DNA from: Alphaproteobacteria bacterium
Lineage (GTDB): Bacteria > Pseudomonadota > Alphaproteobacteria > MPNO01 > UBA830
Assembly (NCBI GenBank): GCA_964291215.2
Contig: OZ219790.1
Coordinates: 1,632,001 to 1,696,000 of the forward strand
DNA length: 64,000 bases
Direction of reading: 5' to 3'
The stretch's first letter is position 1; each line of letters starts with the position of its first letter. Positions 10,368 through 19,979 of this stretch are shown here, piece after piece. The position numbers were made by a program, and so were the translations under genes. Below the pieces are notes generated by a model. That model made no database searches. It saw only the letters and a program-made list of their open reading frames with translations, and was not told the origin of the DNA.

Positions 10368-11041
10368 GGCTGATCGACCGGCCCTCCCCCAATTTTGGCC
10401 ACCGCCCGGCCGCCACAGCGGTCGACACGGTGATCCTTCACTACACCGGCATGCGCACTGCAGCAGAGGCGATCGAGCGGCTCTGCGACCCAGAATCCGA
10501 AGTCAGCGCGCACTACGCGATCGACGAAGTCGGCGAAGTCTTCCGTCTGGTCGACGAGAGCCAACGCGCCTGGCACGCGGGACGATCCAGGTGGCGGGGA
10601 GATACCGACATCAATGACAGGTCGATCGGCATCGAACTCGTCAACCCCGGCCATGAATTCGGCTACCGCGCCTTTCCGGAACCACAGATGGCGGCCCTCG
10701 AAGAACTCCTCGACGATCTCATCCGGAGGCACGATATCCCGCCGGCGCGGATCCTCGGACATTCAGATGTCGCGCCGACACGCAAACACGACCCCGGGGA
10801 ACTGTTCGACTGGCAGAGACTGGCCGAGAAGGGGCTCGCGATATGGCCCGACACCAAAGACACCGACGACACACACGTTGACATGCGTGGGATGCTCACC
10901 GCTATCGGCTATGACGCCGACGCGCCGCTGGCAAGCGTTGTTGCCGCATTCCAGCGCCGGTTCGCACAGGATACAGTCACGGGAGAGCCCGATCTGGCAA
11001 CACGAAAGATCATCGGCGCCGTATACCGGCTCTCACGATGA
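10364..11041 (+). CDS. N-acetylmuramoyl-L-alanine amidase (AmpD/AmiD-like)
   Basis: SPNF, ILHYTGM, VSAHY, AWHAG, SIGIELVN, GHSDVAPTRKHDPG. Confidence 0.92.
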   Translation: MRLIDRPSPNFGHRPAATAVDTVILHYTGMRTAAEAIERLCDPESEVSAHYAIDEVGEVFRLVDESQRAWHAGRSRWRGDTDINDRSIGIELVNPGHEFGYRAFPEPQMAALEELLDDLIRRHDIPPARILGHSDVAPTRKHDPGELFDWQRLAEKGLAIWPDTKDTDDTHVDMRGMLTAIGYDADAPLASVVAAFQRRFAQDTVTGEPDLATRKIIGAVYRLSR

Positions 11042-11110
11042 ATCCCGCAAGACGCATCGTCGCCGACTCTGGAAGCCACGAAACCGCCCCGTCCGCCCAA
11101 CCGGAGCAAC

Positions 11111-11263
11111 CTACAGCCGCGCCGTTATCAGCTCGAAGGCGATATAGCCGAAGAAGAGGACGCCGACCGCCAGATAGAAGCGGGCAAGCCACGGATTCCG
11201 TTCCTTCCTCGTGGCAAGGCCGAGAAAATCAATCCGGTGCTTTTCGCGCGGAAACAGCTTCAT
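11111..11263 (-). CDS. Small (50 aa) single-TM hypothetical protein
   Basis: GGAG RBS before the ATG, C-terminal hydrophobic stretch FYLAVGVLFFGYIAFELI. Confidence 0.5.
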   Translation of the reverse strand: MKLFPREKHRIDFLGLATRKERNPWLARFYLAVGVLFFGYIAFELITARL

Positions 11264-11357
11264 ATCGATCTCCGCGCCCGCAGCCGGTTCGCCGGCAACA
11301 ACGCCGGTGTCACCCGGACAGCTTTGCCTCTGCACCCCGCACTGCCAAGGAACGCGC

Positions 11358-11433
11358 TGGTGCCGGTTGAGGGACTCGAACCCCCGACCTCCTGATTACA
11401 AATCAGATGCTCTACCAGCTGAGCTAAACCGGC
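11358..11433 (-). tRNA. tRNA-Thr(TGT)
   Basis: Reverse complement GCCGGTTTAGCTCAG...CTGA-TTTGTAA-TCAG...GGTTCGAGTCC...CCA. Confidence 0.96.
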
Positions 11434-11502
11434 AACTCTTCCGCGCAGTCATCGCGCCCGTATAGCGCGGCCAGCCAGCCGGAACAAGACGATAGAGTCT
11501 GT

Positions 11503-12102
11503 TCAGCGCTTCGCTTGCGTCTTGCGGCGCAGTGCATCCAGGAGCCCCGCTACCCTGCCCCCGCTCTGACGGATGACAGCGGTGAATTCGTCACGCAGCG
11601 AGATCCGCATGCTCACCCCTTCAAGAAGGACATCGACGATCTTCAGTTCCGACCCGCGGGTCTGGATCCGCCAGCCGACTTCTATCGGCGCCCTGTCCGG
11701 GAGTTCGATCAGCGACGACACCAACACCTGATTCGCGGAAACCTCTGTCGACTTGACCACGCTCAACCGGGCGCTGCCGATCTCGCGGAAGCGCACGGCA
11801 TAAGCCAGAACGGTGAAATCCTCGAACAGGGAAACGAAGCTCTTCCGCTGTTCATCGGTTGCCTTGCGCCAGTACCGCCCCAGCACGAACCGGGAAATCC
11901 CCGGAAGGTCGAAACTCTGCGTCAACAGCCCGCGGAACCGTCGATTATGTTCTTCATCGGCAACCCCTTCTTCGCCGAGAGAGGTCAGGGCATTGGCTGC
12001 CAAATCACGAACGAACGCTTCGGAAGCCGCCGCGTACGCCGGCGCCGCCAGAACCAGAAACACCATGCAGAGGGCGCTTACGCGTGACATTCTTCCAAAC
12101 AC
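11503..12102 (-). CDS. mlaC: Phospholipid-binding protein MlaC/Ttg2D
   Basis: FDLPGISRFVLGRYWR, KIVDVLLEGVSM...RDEF; adjacent to mlaA. Confidence 0.88.
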   Translation of the reverse strand: MFGRMSRVSALCMVFLVLAAPAYAAASEAFVRDLAANALTSLGEEGVADEEHNRRFRGLLTQSFDLPGISRFVLGRYWRKATDEQRKSFVSLFEDFTVLAYAVRFREIGSARLSVVKSTEVSANQVLVSSLIELPDRAPIEVGWRIQTRGSELKIVDVLLEGVSMRISLRDEFTAVIRQSGGRVAGLLDALRRKTQAKR

Positions 12103-12130
12103 CTGCCTTCGTGGCCTCCGTTGAATTCGG

Positions 12131-12940
12131 TTACCTGACGCTCTCGGTGATCACGCGCGCCGGCACACTCGGCGGCGGTACCCGCGGCAGGCGACGGTCG
12201 TCGATCTCCCTGGCCCGGTACTGGCGGTAGAGGCTCCGTGCGGCAGCATAGAAGTCGAGCGAGTTTTCTTCAAGATCGTTAAGCGCACTGTAGTTCCGGG
12301 CGCGGAAATCCAGCACCGAGAGCCCGGCGGCACCCATGCGGAAGCCGACCGGCGTCGTCCATATCACCGGATCGCCCACCGAGTCCACGAGCCGCCCGCC
12401 AACATCCCTGAAATTCGAGGAACCGAGCACCGGGAGGACCAGATAGGGGCCGCTTCCGAAACCCCAGGATGCGAGTGTCTGGCCGAAATCCTCTCCATAC
12501 CCCTCGATTCCGAACTCGGAGGCAACATCAATGAAACCGAGCAGGCCGATGGTCGAGTTGATGGAGAACCTGGTGAACGTGTCGGCCGCAAGGTCCGTCT
12601 TGCCCTGCAGCAGCTCGTTGGCGAAGACAATCGGGGCCCTCAGGTTACCCAGGAAATTGGAAATCCCAACCCGTACCGGACGCGGCACGCCCTTCAGGTA
12701 TGCATACGCGGCCGGGCGCAGCACCGTACGGTCAAGCAACAGATTCGCCTCGAACACAGCCCTGTTGAGCGGCTCGTAGGGATCGTTGATTTCGGCGAAT
12801 GCCTCAAGGGCGTCAGGATCATCGTCCGGTGGCGGCGTCGCGCAGGCCACCATTGCAAGAAACGCGCAAGACATCGCAGCAATGCGGCGGAGACTCCGAA
12901 AGGCGCACCGAGCCGAAGCCCCGGCAGAATCTCGATACAT
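12131..12940 (-). CDS. mlaA: VacJ/MlaA lipoprotein (start approximate)
   Basis: Lipobox VACA, NDPYEPLNR, RFSINSTIG, EDFGQTL, GPYLVLP. Confidence 0.9.
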   Translation of the reverse strand: MYRDSAGASARCAFRSLRRIAAMSCAFLAMVACATPPPDDDPDALEAFAEINDPYEPLNRAVFEANLLLDRTVLRPAAYAYLKGVPRPVRVGISNFLGNLRAPIVFANELLQGKTDLAADTFTRFSINSTIGLLGFIDVASEFGIEGYGEDFGQTLASWGFGSGPYLVLPVLGSSNFRDVGGRLVDSVGDPVIWTTPVGFRMGAAGLSVLDFRARNYSALNDLEENSLDFYAAARSLYRQYRAREIDDRRLPRVPPPSVPARVITESVR

Positions 12941-13151
12941 CTGCTGTCCCAGTTCTGCCACTGCCGCGCCGATCCGGCAGGTTCTCGGACCGGAAACCGG
13001 TGAGACGGGAAGCATCGCAACTCCGGCCTCGACAGGCCCAAAAAGGCCTGCTCCAGGATCCGGCCGTTCGATTGCCCGCCAACCCGGCCTTTGCCACAAA
13101 CGAAAGGGAACGTTACCATCGGGTGCTCCCCGACGCAAGCCTCGGTAGGAA

Positions 13152-13718
13152 GTGGCTGCCGGCGGCGGGATTGTAACCGCGCCTTGCAATTCGTCGTCAT
13201 GCGGGACAAATCGCCTTCAGGAGCACGGACCCATCGTTATCCGGCACGAGATACCCGAGACATGGCGCGAGCATGTCCGCAGCGAATGGTGCGATTACAA
13301 TGACCACCTCAATCTCGCATACTATGTGTTGATCTTCGATCACGCGACGGATGCCTTCTACGACTCCCTCGGTCTAGATCGGTCCTACCGCGAGGCAACT
13401 AACTGTTCGACATTCGCGGTAGAGTCGCACACGGTCTATCTCGCCGAACTCCTTGACGGCGATGAGGTGTTCTGCACGACCCAGATTCTCGACTACGACG
13501 AGCGCCGCCTGCACTATTTCCATCGCCTCTACCACTCGGAAAAGCGGTATCTGTCGGCAACCACGGAACTGCTGGCCGTCCATGTCGATCTCGGCCTTCG
13601 CAAGACCGCGCCGATGACTCCGGGCCTGCTTGAAAGACTGTCCCGAGAACTTGAGGATCATCGCAACTTTCCCCGGCCCGACCAGCAGGGACAGGTTATC
13701 GGAATCCAGCGGAAATAG
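13152..13718 (+). CDS. Thioesterase family (4HBT-like hotdog fold) protein; start uncertain
   Basis: EWCDYNDHLNLAYY..FDHATD, FAVESH..YL.EL. Confidence 0.8.
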   Translation: MAAGGGIVTAPCNSSSCGTNRLQEHGPIVIRHEIPETWREHVRSEWCDYNDHLNLAYYVLIFDHATDAFYDSLGLDRSYREATNCSTFAVESHTVYLAELLDGDEVFCTTQILDYDERRLHYFHRLYHSEKRYLSATTELLAVHVDLGLRKTAPMTPGLLERLSRELEDHRNFPRPDQQGQVIGIQRK

Positions 13719-14056
13719 AGTTTGCTGTCGAGCTCCGCGGTTGCCTTTCCCGGCCGCTTGCGAACGACCATCCCGAACGGGCACGAACAAGGCCTTGTCC
13801 AGACCCGGCGCCACACCGGGTGCAATCGCCTTCGCGAAAGTTGCTGATCCCTGATACGAGGCGGTGTTCGGAAACGAGCGGGATCTGATGGCGGGTCCCG
13901 CGGCCGTATTACCACGGCCCCCTGTCCAGATCTTCGCGTTCCGGTTGCAGGCCGCCAAATTCCCGCTTCGACATCCGGCAGCGGCGGCGGGCACGAGTCG
14001 ACGTTCGCGCAGCCGGGGCTGTATTTCCTAGTGTCGGGGGACTGTATACTGGAGCA

Positions 14057-16291
14057 ATGGAGGAGATACTCGAACCTTCCGACCCCCGGGAGTTGACGAC
14101 GGAGCCGCGCTACATGCGCGGCCTTACCGATGCGCAACGCGAAGCCGTCGAGACCCTGGACGGGCCGCTGCTTGTGCTCGCCGGAGCCGGCACCGGCAAG
14201 ACTCGCGTCCTGACAACGCGGATCGCCCATATCCTGGCCACCCGCAACACCTGGCCGAGCCGGATCCTCGCGGTCACCTTCACCAACAGGGCCGCCAGCG
14301 AGATGCAGGAGCGCATCATCGCGATGACCGGAGAAGATGTTGCAGGCCTCTGGATCGGAACATTCCATGCGGTCTCGGCCCGCATCCTGCGCCGCCACGC
14401 CGAACTCGTCGGTCTGAGGCCAGACTTCACCATTCTCGATCAGGACGACCAGACCAGGCTGGTCAAGCAGGTCCTCGACGCCGAGCAGGTCGACCACAAG
14501 CGATGGCCACCACGAGTCGTGCGTGCAGCAATTGAGCGCTTCAAGGATCGCGGCCTGTCCCCGGAACGGCTGAAGCCCGGCGATATCGGAGATCTCGTCG
14601 ACGGCCGCATCGGTGAGATCTACGGCATGTACCAGGAGCGCCTGGCGACACTCAACTCGGCCGATTTCAGCGATCTCATCCTCCAATGCGTCAGGATCCT
14701 TTCCGAGAATCCCGATATTCTCGCCACCTATCACGACCGGTTCGACTACATTCTGGTGGACGAATACCAGGATTCCAACGTGGCACAGTATCTGTGGCTG
14801 CGGCTGTTGGCACAGGGGCGGCGCAATATCTGCTGCGTCGGGGACGACGACCAGGCGATCTACAGCTGGCGCGGCGCCGAAGTCGGCAACATCCTGCGGT
14901 TTGAACGAGATTTCGAGGGTGCGCATGTTGTCAGGCTCGAGAGGAACTACCGCTCGACGCAACCGATCCTGACCGTTGCCTCGACAATGATCGCACACAA
15001 CAGGGACCGGCTCGGCAAGGTTCTCTGGACGGATGTCCAGGAGGGTGCTCCCGTCCAGGTTTGTGTCGTGGAGAACGGCGATGACGAGGCCAGATTCGTG
15101 TGCGGCGAGATCACGAACCTGCGGCGCCAGGGCGCATCGCTCGACGAGGTTGCGATTCTGGTTCGCGCCGGCTTCCAGATGCTGCTGTTCGAGGAACATC
15201 TGCTTCAAGAGCAGATTCCCTACCGAGTATACGGCGGACCGCGTTTCTTCGAACGTCAGGAGATCCGCGACGCAGTCGCCTACATGCGCGTGATTGTCCG
15301 GCCTAGCGACGATCTGGCCCTCGAACGCATTATCAACGTACCGCGCCGGGGAATCGGCGATGCGACGCTGCAGAAGCTTCGCGAATTCGCGCGCGCGCGT
15401 TCAGTGCCGCTTTGCGATGCCGTGCTCGATCTCGTGAAGACCGAAGAGATCAGCGCACGACCACGACACGAACTTCGGAACCTGATGGCCAATTTCGCGC
15501 GGTGGCGCGCAGATGCCGGGACCGATGGCCATGTCGAACTGGTGCAGATGGTGCTCGACGAATCCGGCTACACGGACATGTGGCTCAAGGCGAGCACGCC
15601 AGACGCCCCGGGACGCCTCGAGAACCTTAAGGAGCTGGTCTCGACGCTCAACGACTTCGGATCGCTTGAAGAGTTCCTTGAGCATGTGAGCCTGGTGATG
15701 GACCGCGAGCGGCGCGATACCGGCGAAATGGTGAGCCTGATGACGCTCCACGCCGCCAAGGGCCTCGAGTTCGCCCATGTGTTTCTTCCCGGATGGGAGG
15801 AGGAGATCTTCCCCAACAAGCGAGCGCTGGCCGATGGCGGCAACCGGGCGCTGGAAGAGGAACGCCGGCTGGCCTATGTCGGGCTCACGCGGGCAAAGCA
15901 GCATGTCCAGATATCCCGCGCAGTCAGCCGGAGGATCTTCAACCAGTGGCTTGCCGGGGTCGAATCCCGCTTCCTCCGGGAACTGCCGGCTGAACATGTC
16001 GAAACGATCGTGCGGACAAGACGCCATGGCGGCACCAGATGGGACAGCGACGGCTTCGACAGCAGCGGTCGCGGGCCGGGCTACCGGCGCCTGCGCGCCG
16101 GGACCCGGAGATCACGCGAAACACAACTGCTCCGAAGCGGAAGCGGCGAGCCGATCGAGGTCGGAACCCGGATATTTCACGAAAAGTTCGGATACGGCAC
16201 CGTGACAGCCAGCGACGCCGGCCGCCTCGAAGTCAGTTTCGAAAAGGCCGGCGACAAGAAGGTCATGAAAGAGTTCGTCAGGCCGGCATGA
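14057..16291 (+). CDS. uvrD: UvrD/Rep/PcrA ATP-dependent DNA helicase
   Basis: AGAGTGKT, VDEYQD, VGDDDQ, TLHAAKGLEF, EEERRLAYVGLTRA. Confidence 0.95.
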   Translation: MEEILEPSDPRELTTEPRYMRGLTDAQREAVETLDGPLLVLAGAGTGKTRVLTTRIAHILATRNTWPSRILAVTFTNRAASEMQERIIAMTGEDVAGLWIGTFHAVSARILRRHAELVGLRPDFTILDQDDQTRLVKQVLDAEQVDHKRWPPRVVRAAIERFKDRGLSPERLKPGDIGDLVDGRIGEIYGMYQERLATLNSADFSDLILQCVRILSENPDILATYHDRFDYILVDEYQDSNVAQYLWLRLLAQGRRNICCVGDDDQAIYSWRGAEVGNILRFERDFEGAHVVRLERNYRSTQPILTVASTMIAHNRDRLGKVLWTDVQEGAPVQVCVVENGDDEARFVCGEITNLRRQGASLDEVAILVRAGFQMLLFEEHLLQEQIPYRVYGGPRFFERQEIRDAVAYMRVIVRPSDDLALERIINVPRRGIGDATLQKLREFARARSVPLCDAVLDLVKTEEISARPRHELRNLMANFARWRADAGTDGHVELVQMVLDESGYTDMWLKASTPDAPGRLENLKELVSTLNDFGSLEEFLEHVSLVMDRERRDTGEMVSLMTLHAAKGLEFAHVFLPGWEEEIFPNKRALADGGNRALEEERRLAYVGLTRAKQHVQISRAVSRRIFNQWLAGVESRFLRELPAEHVETIVRTRRHGGTRWDSDGFDSSGRGPGYRRLRAGTRRSRETQLLRSGSGEPIEVGTRIFHEKFGYGTVTASDAGRLEVSFEKAGDKKVMKEFVRPA

Positions 16292-17175
16292 CGGAGTCAG
16301 GATCGTGGACGATCAGGGTCGACGCCCCGAACGCGGCTGCAGTGCCTGTTCTTGAGGTGGCGATCGCAGATCTGATAGTTGCCGTCTCGGTGCAGCACGA
16401 CGAACGCGCGGGAATCTGGCGGCTTACCGGCCACTCGGCGGAACGGCCCGACCGTTCGGCCGTCGTCCGTTCCCTTGCCGTTGCTGCCCACGCCGCCGGC
16501 ATCGCCACACCCGCAATCACGATTTCCCGCCTCGCCGCGACGGACTGGATCGCCGAACAGGAACGCGCACTGCCGGCGCTCGACATCGGCCGCTTCCGTG
16601 TCTTCGGATCCCACGTGACCGATCCCGTTCCGGCCGGACGCGTCCCGGTCCGGATCAATGCGGGTCTGGCGTTCGGAACCGGACACCACGAGAGTACCGC
16701 GGGCTGCCTCCTCGCCGTTGACCGCCTGTACGGCAGCGGCCGGTCGCCACCCCGAACTCTCGATATTGGAACCGGAAGCGGGATTCTCGGAATCGCGATC
16801 GCGCGGTGGCTCGATAGCCCGGTCATCGCCACCGACATCGATCCGGTTGCCGTGCGCGTGGCCAACGCCAACGCCCGCATAAACGGGGTCTCTGACCGGT
16901 TCTCGGCCCTCGTGGCCGACGGATTCGGCGACGACGAAGTTGTCCGCAACCAACCTTATGGCTTGATCGTCGCAAACATCTTCGAGAGGCAACTCATCGA
17001 CCTCGCGCCCCTGATCGCTCCGGCGCTCGCTGTCGGTGGTCATGTCGTTCTCTCCGGGCTTCAGGCCAAGAGCGCTGACCGCGTCGCAGAGGCCCTTGCG
17101 GCAGCCGGTATCGCGCGCATCGACCGCGTGGAACTGTCCGACTGGACCACCCTCGTCGGTGCGCAGGCACGGTGA
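16288..17175 (+). CDS. prmA: Ribosomal protein L11 methyltransferase
   Basis: AFGTGHHESTAGCL, LDIGTGSGIL, ANIF; ATGA overlap with uvrD. Confidence 0.9.
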   Translation: MTESGSWTIRVDAPNAAAVPVLEVAIADLIVAVSVQHDERAGIWRLTGHSAERPDRSAVVRSLAVAAHAAGIATPAITISRLAATDWIAEQERALPALDIGRFRVFGSHVTDPVPAGRVPVRINAGLAFGTGHHESTAGCLLAVDRLYGSGRSPPRTLDIGTGSGILGIAIARWLDSPVIATDIDPVAVRVANANARINGVSDRFSALVADGFGDDEVVRNQPYGLIVANIFERQLIDLAPLIAPALAVGGHVVLSGLQAKSADRVAEALAAAGIARIDRVELSDWTTLVGAQAR

Positions 17176-17344
17176 CGGCAGCCGTCCGCACGCCGCGGTC
17201 GCAATCGCAGGCATTTCCCACGCTGCATTCAATTTTGCTGTCTTCCACTGTCCGGAGGTTTCACAGACCCAACCGTGCCGGGTTTTCTGGCTTTGGGGCC
17301 GTCCGCGGTCGTCGCCGACGGCGTTATCGGCGCGTAGACGGGTT

Positions 17345-17537
17345 CACGGTGACCCCACGCTGCTAATCCGGCGACGACTGGCGTGATTTTCTCAGTTTGC
17401 GTCGCGCTACAATCGTGCCGCCAAGGCTCGACGGGATTTTCTCGGCACGAAAATTGCGATCAAGGAGGCGATCTGTGATGATCCGAGCCTCAACGCATTC
17501 GGATTTCGCGTCTCCGAATTAGCATGGCATCGTCGTG
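17345..17537 (+). repeat. MITE-like ~190-bp repeat, copy 1
   Basis: Aligns by eye with 41228-41419 (interior reversed) and 61419-61600; imperfect terminal inverted repeats. Confidence 0.85.
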
Positions 17538-17566
17538 GGGCGGGTTGTTTTCGGGTTGTGGGCCTT

Positions 17567-17800
17567 TCAATCTGACACTATTAAGTCCATTGATTTCTGC
17601 ATATCGGCTTTCCGCATCGCTCGGTGATATTCGGTGAAATTGAGGAGGATCTTGTAGTCCTGCCAGAGTTTCTCGGTTCCCGGCAGGGGGTGGTGTTTGC
17701 CGGGGATGAAGCCTGCCACGCGTGCGACCTCGATGGCGAAGACTTTGATGGTCGGTTCGGGGTCGAGAGGTTCACGCGGTTTGTACTGTTTATAGATCTT
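17567..17800 (-). pseudogene. IS4-family (IS50/Tn5-like) transposase C-terminal remnant
   Basis: VARVAGFIPGKHHPLPGTEKLW resembles the A.L.GF.....PG...LW C-terminal motif; cut by the IS66 end at 17801. Confidence 0.6.
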
Positions 17801-17867
17801 GTAACTGCTCACCCCCTGGTTCCGGCTTGATGTCGGGGTAGAACAACGAACGGGTTTTCGTGGAGAT

Positions 17868-17896
17868 CTGACACTGCAGATCGTTTCGGTTAGTGT
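17868..17896 (+). promoter_or_regulatory. Putative sigma70 promoter in an IS66 left end
   Basis: CTGACA-17bp-TAGTGT; the same spacing occurs in three other copies. Confidence 0.5.
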
Positions 17897-17903
17897 GAAC
17901 TTC

Positions 17904-18161
17904 CTAGGCTACCTCCACCAAATCCTGATCCTGGCTGAATGTCACGGCCACATCGAGAGCGCCGTTGCGCGCGATTCGCACCATGTCGAGACCAATCCGA
18001 AGGTCTGTTTCCTTCTCGCGCTGTGCCGGCACACCATGCGTCGTACCGTCCGGAAGCGGGACCCGCTCGGAGCGCGGTTTCCGGGAGGTCACGAGAATCC
18101 CGACGCGGCTCATTGCGGTCAGGTACCGCGCCCGGCACGCCGGATCTTTCCTGGCGTCGGG
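17904..18161 (-). pseudogene. NYN/LabA (PIN-like) domain remnant
   Basis: REKETDLRIGLDMVRIARNGALDVAVTFSQDQDLVEVA matches the NYN EK..D...D....SQD.D pattern. Confidence 0.65.
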
Positions 18162-18685
18162 GTATCTCCTCACCCCTCCGCAGAGGCGGGTTTGGCGTTG
18201 TGCATCTTGATCATGTCGGCGGCGTTTCCGGCGAGTGCGATCTGGATGGCAACGAGCGGGCTGTAGCCGAGTGCGGCCATGGAGGTGAGATAGCTTGAGC
18301 TTCGGCACCAAGCCTCGGCTAGAGCGGGGTTCGGAAGCATCTGGAGACCTTGACCTTTGCCATCCGGATTTTCTGCTCGCCGGTGTTGTTGGTGAAGCTG
18401 ATGTTCGGGTCGCTCATGAAGCACAGGACGAACTCTTCATGCCTTGCGAGACGCTCCTGGAGGTTGTGCGCGTTCGCGATCGGTCCGCGTTTTCCTTTCT
18501 GTCGGGGCGGGATTTCAGGCAGTTCCTTCGCCCCCCGGGTCAGGGTGGTCCGGTAGCGCTTGCGCACGGCGGTCGGCCTCGTTCAGGGTCCTGGATGCGC
18601 TCTTGTCAACCCTGTGGCAGGCAGCAGTTTCTTCATCACGCGTGCCCGGCGGTAGCCGTTGGCGTCGACGATGACGGCCGGTTCC
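18162..18685 (-). pseudogene. IS66 transposase C-terminal remnant with right end
   Basis: AHNLQERL...SFTNNTGEQKIRMAK...SYLTSMAALG. Right end GTATCTCCTCACCCC at 18162-18176. Confidence 0.85.
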
Positions 18686-19979
18686 GTCGCGGTAGGAATG
18701 CGCATTGCTGCGCACCTCCCGCACAGATCCGGACTTGGACGCCAGTCCATCCGGCCTCGGGTGCTTGACGGTAAACCGCCGGTTCAGCCATGGGTAACGG
18801 ATGGGCGGCCAAGGAAGTTTGGTCATGCGCTCCAGTCGCTTCCAGTTGAAACGGTGGCGTTGGGAGCGGCGGCGTATCGCCCGCATCCACCGGCGTTGCA
18901 GCCTTTGGCGGAACGTGCACAGCCATCGGCCCGGAACGACGAAGTAGTCGAGCCAGCCTTGACAGACCCGCCGACCTCCCATATGTCGTGATGCCATCGT
19001 TTGCGGAGCACCTCCTCGATGCAGGTCCTTGCGACCCGTTTTGCGACCGAGCCTGAAGCGCCCTGCCCGGGTCTTCGTGCAGAAGTGCCTGAAGCCCGGG
19101 AAGTCGAACCCGCCCGGCGCTTCCGGCGGTTCGCCGTGGCGAACCGGCCGAACTCGACGATTGTCCGGGTGCAGGTCGAGACCAAAGCGGCCTCTCCCGA
19201 ACATCGCGAAGGTATTGCTCCGCATCCCGCTTGTACTGCAACCCGACCACGATATCGTCCCGGACAATGATCGCTTGACCATCCGGAACCTTCGGGCGCC
19301 ATGCCTTGTGAAACCACAGATCAAGCACGTAGTGCAGAAACACGTTCGCAGGGGCTGACAATGGCACCCTGAGGCGATCCAACACCGGTGTCGCTCCATG
19401 GCGCCAGCGTTCAGCCACTTGCGAATCAGCACCCGCCTGTCGCCAATGCGGTGCTCAAGGAGCATGATCAACCAATCCCTCGGGATCGTGTCGAAGAACC
19501 CACGGGCATCAACAATCCAGTTGACCTTCCGCCGTTCCACCGTGACTGCATCGAGCGCATCGTGCGCCCCGGCCGGAAACCGTAACTGAACCCGAGGAAC
19601 TCCGTCTCGTGGAGCGGTACCAGAATCGTGTCCGTCACCGCCCGCTGCAGAATCTTGTCCTCCAGCGAGGCAAGCGGTCGTTGCCCTCCATCCTCTTTTG
19701 GTATGTATACCCGCCGCGACGGGGGCACCCGATACGCATCCCTGTGCACACGGGCGTGCAGGTCGGCCAGTTCCGCGCCTTCCGCGTACGCGTGCCACGT
19801 AACTTCGTCCACCCCCGCTGCCGCGTCCTTTCTCAAGGAGTGAAACGCAGCGTGCAGGACGTCACGTGGTGGAGCAACGTCACAAGACGCTCTTCCGGAT
19901 TCCTCTTCGCAGCTTGTCGTATGCGCCGCCTGTGACCCGCTTCTGCGCGCGGCGCGGGTCAACCGCATTGCCCTTCCCT

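Noticed and set aside
1407-11433. tRNA-anchored genomic island between tRNA-Arg and tRNA-Thr
   Set aside because: No integrase or duplicated tRNA 3' end is visible, and composition resembles the backbone
13719-14056. Long intergenic region before uvrD as an ncRNA or riboswitch
   Set aside because: No recognisable family motif; a covariance search would be needed
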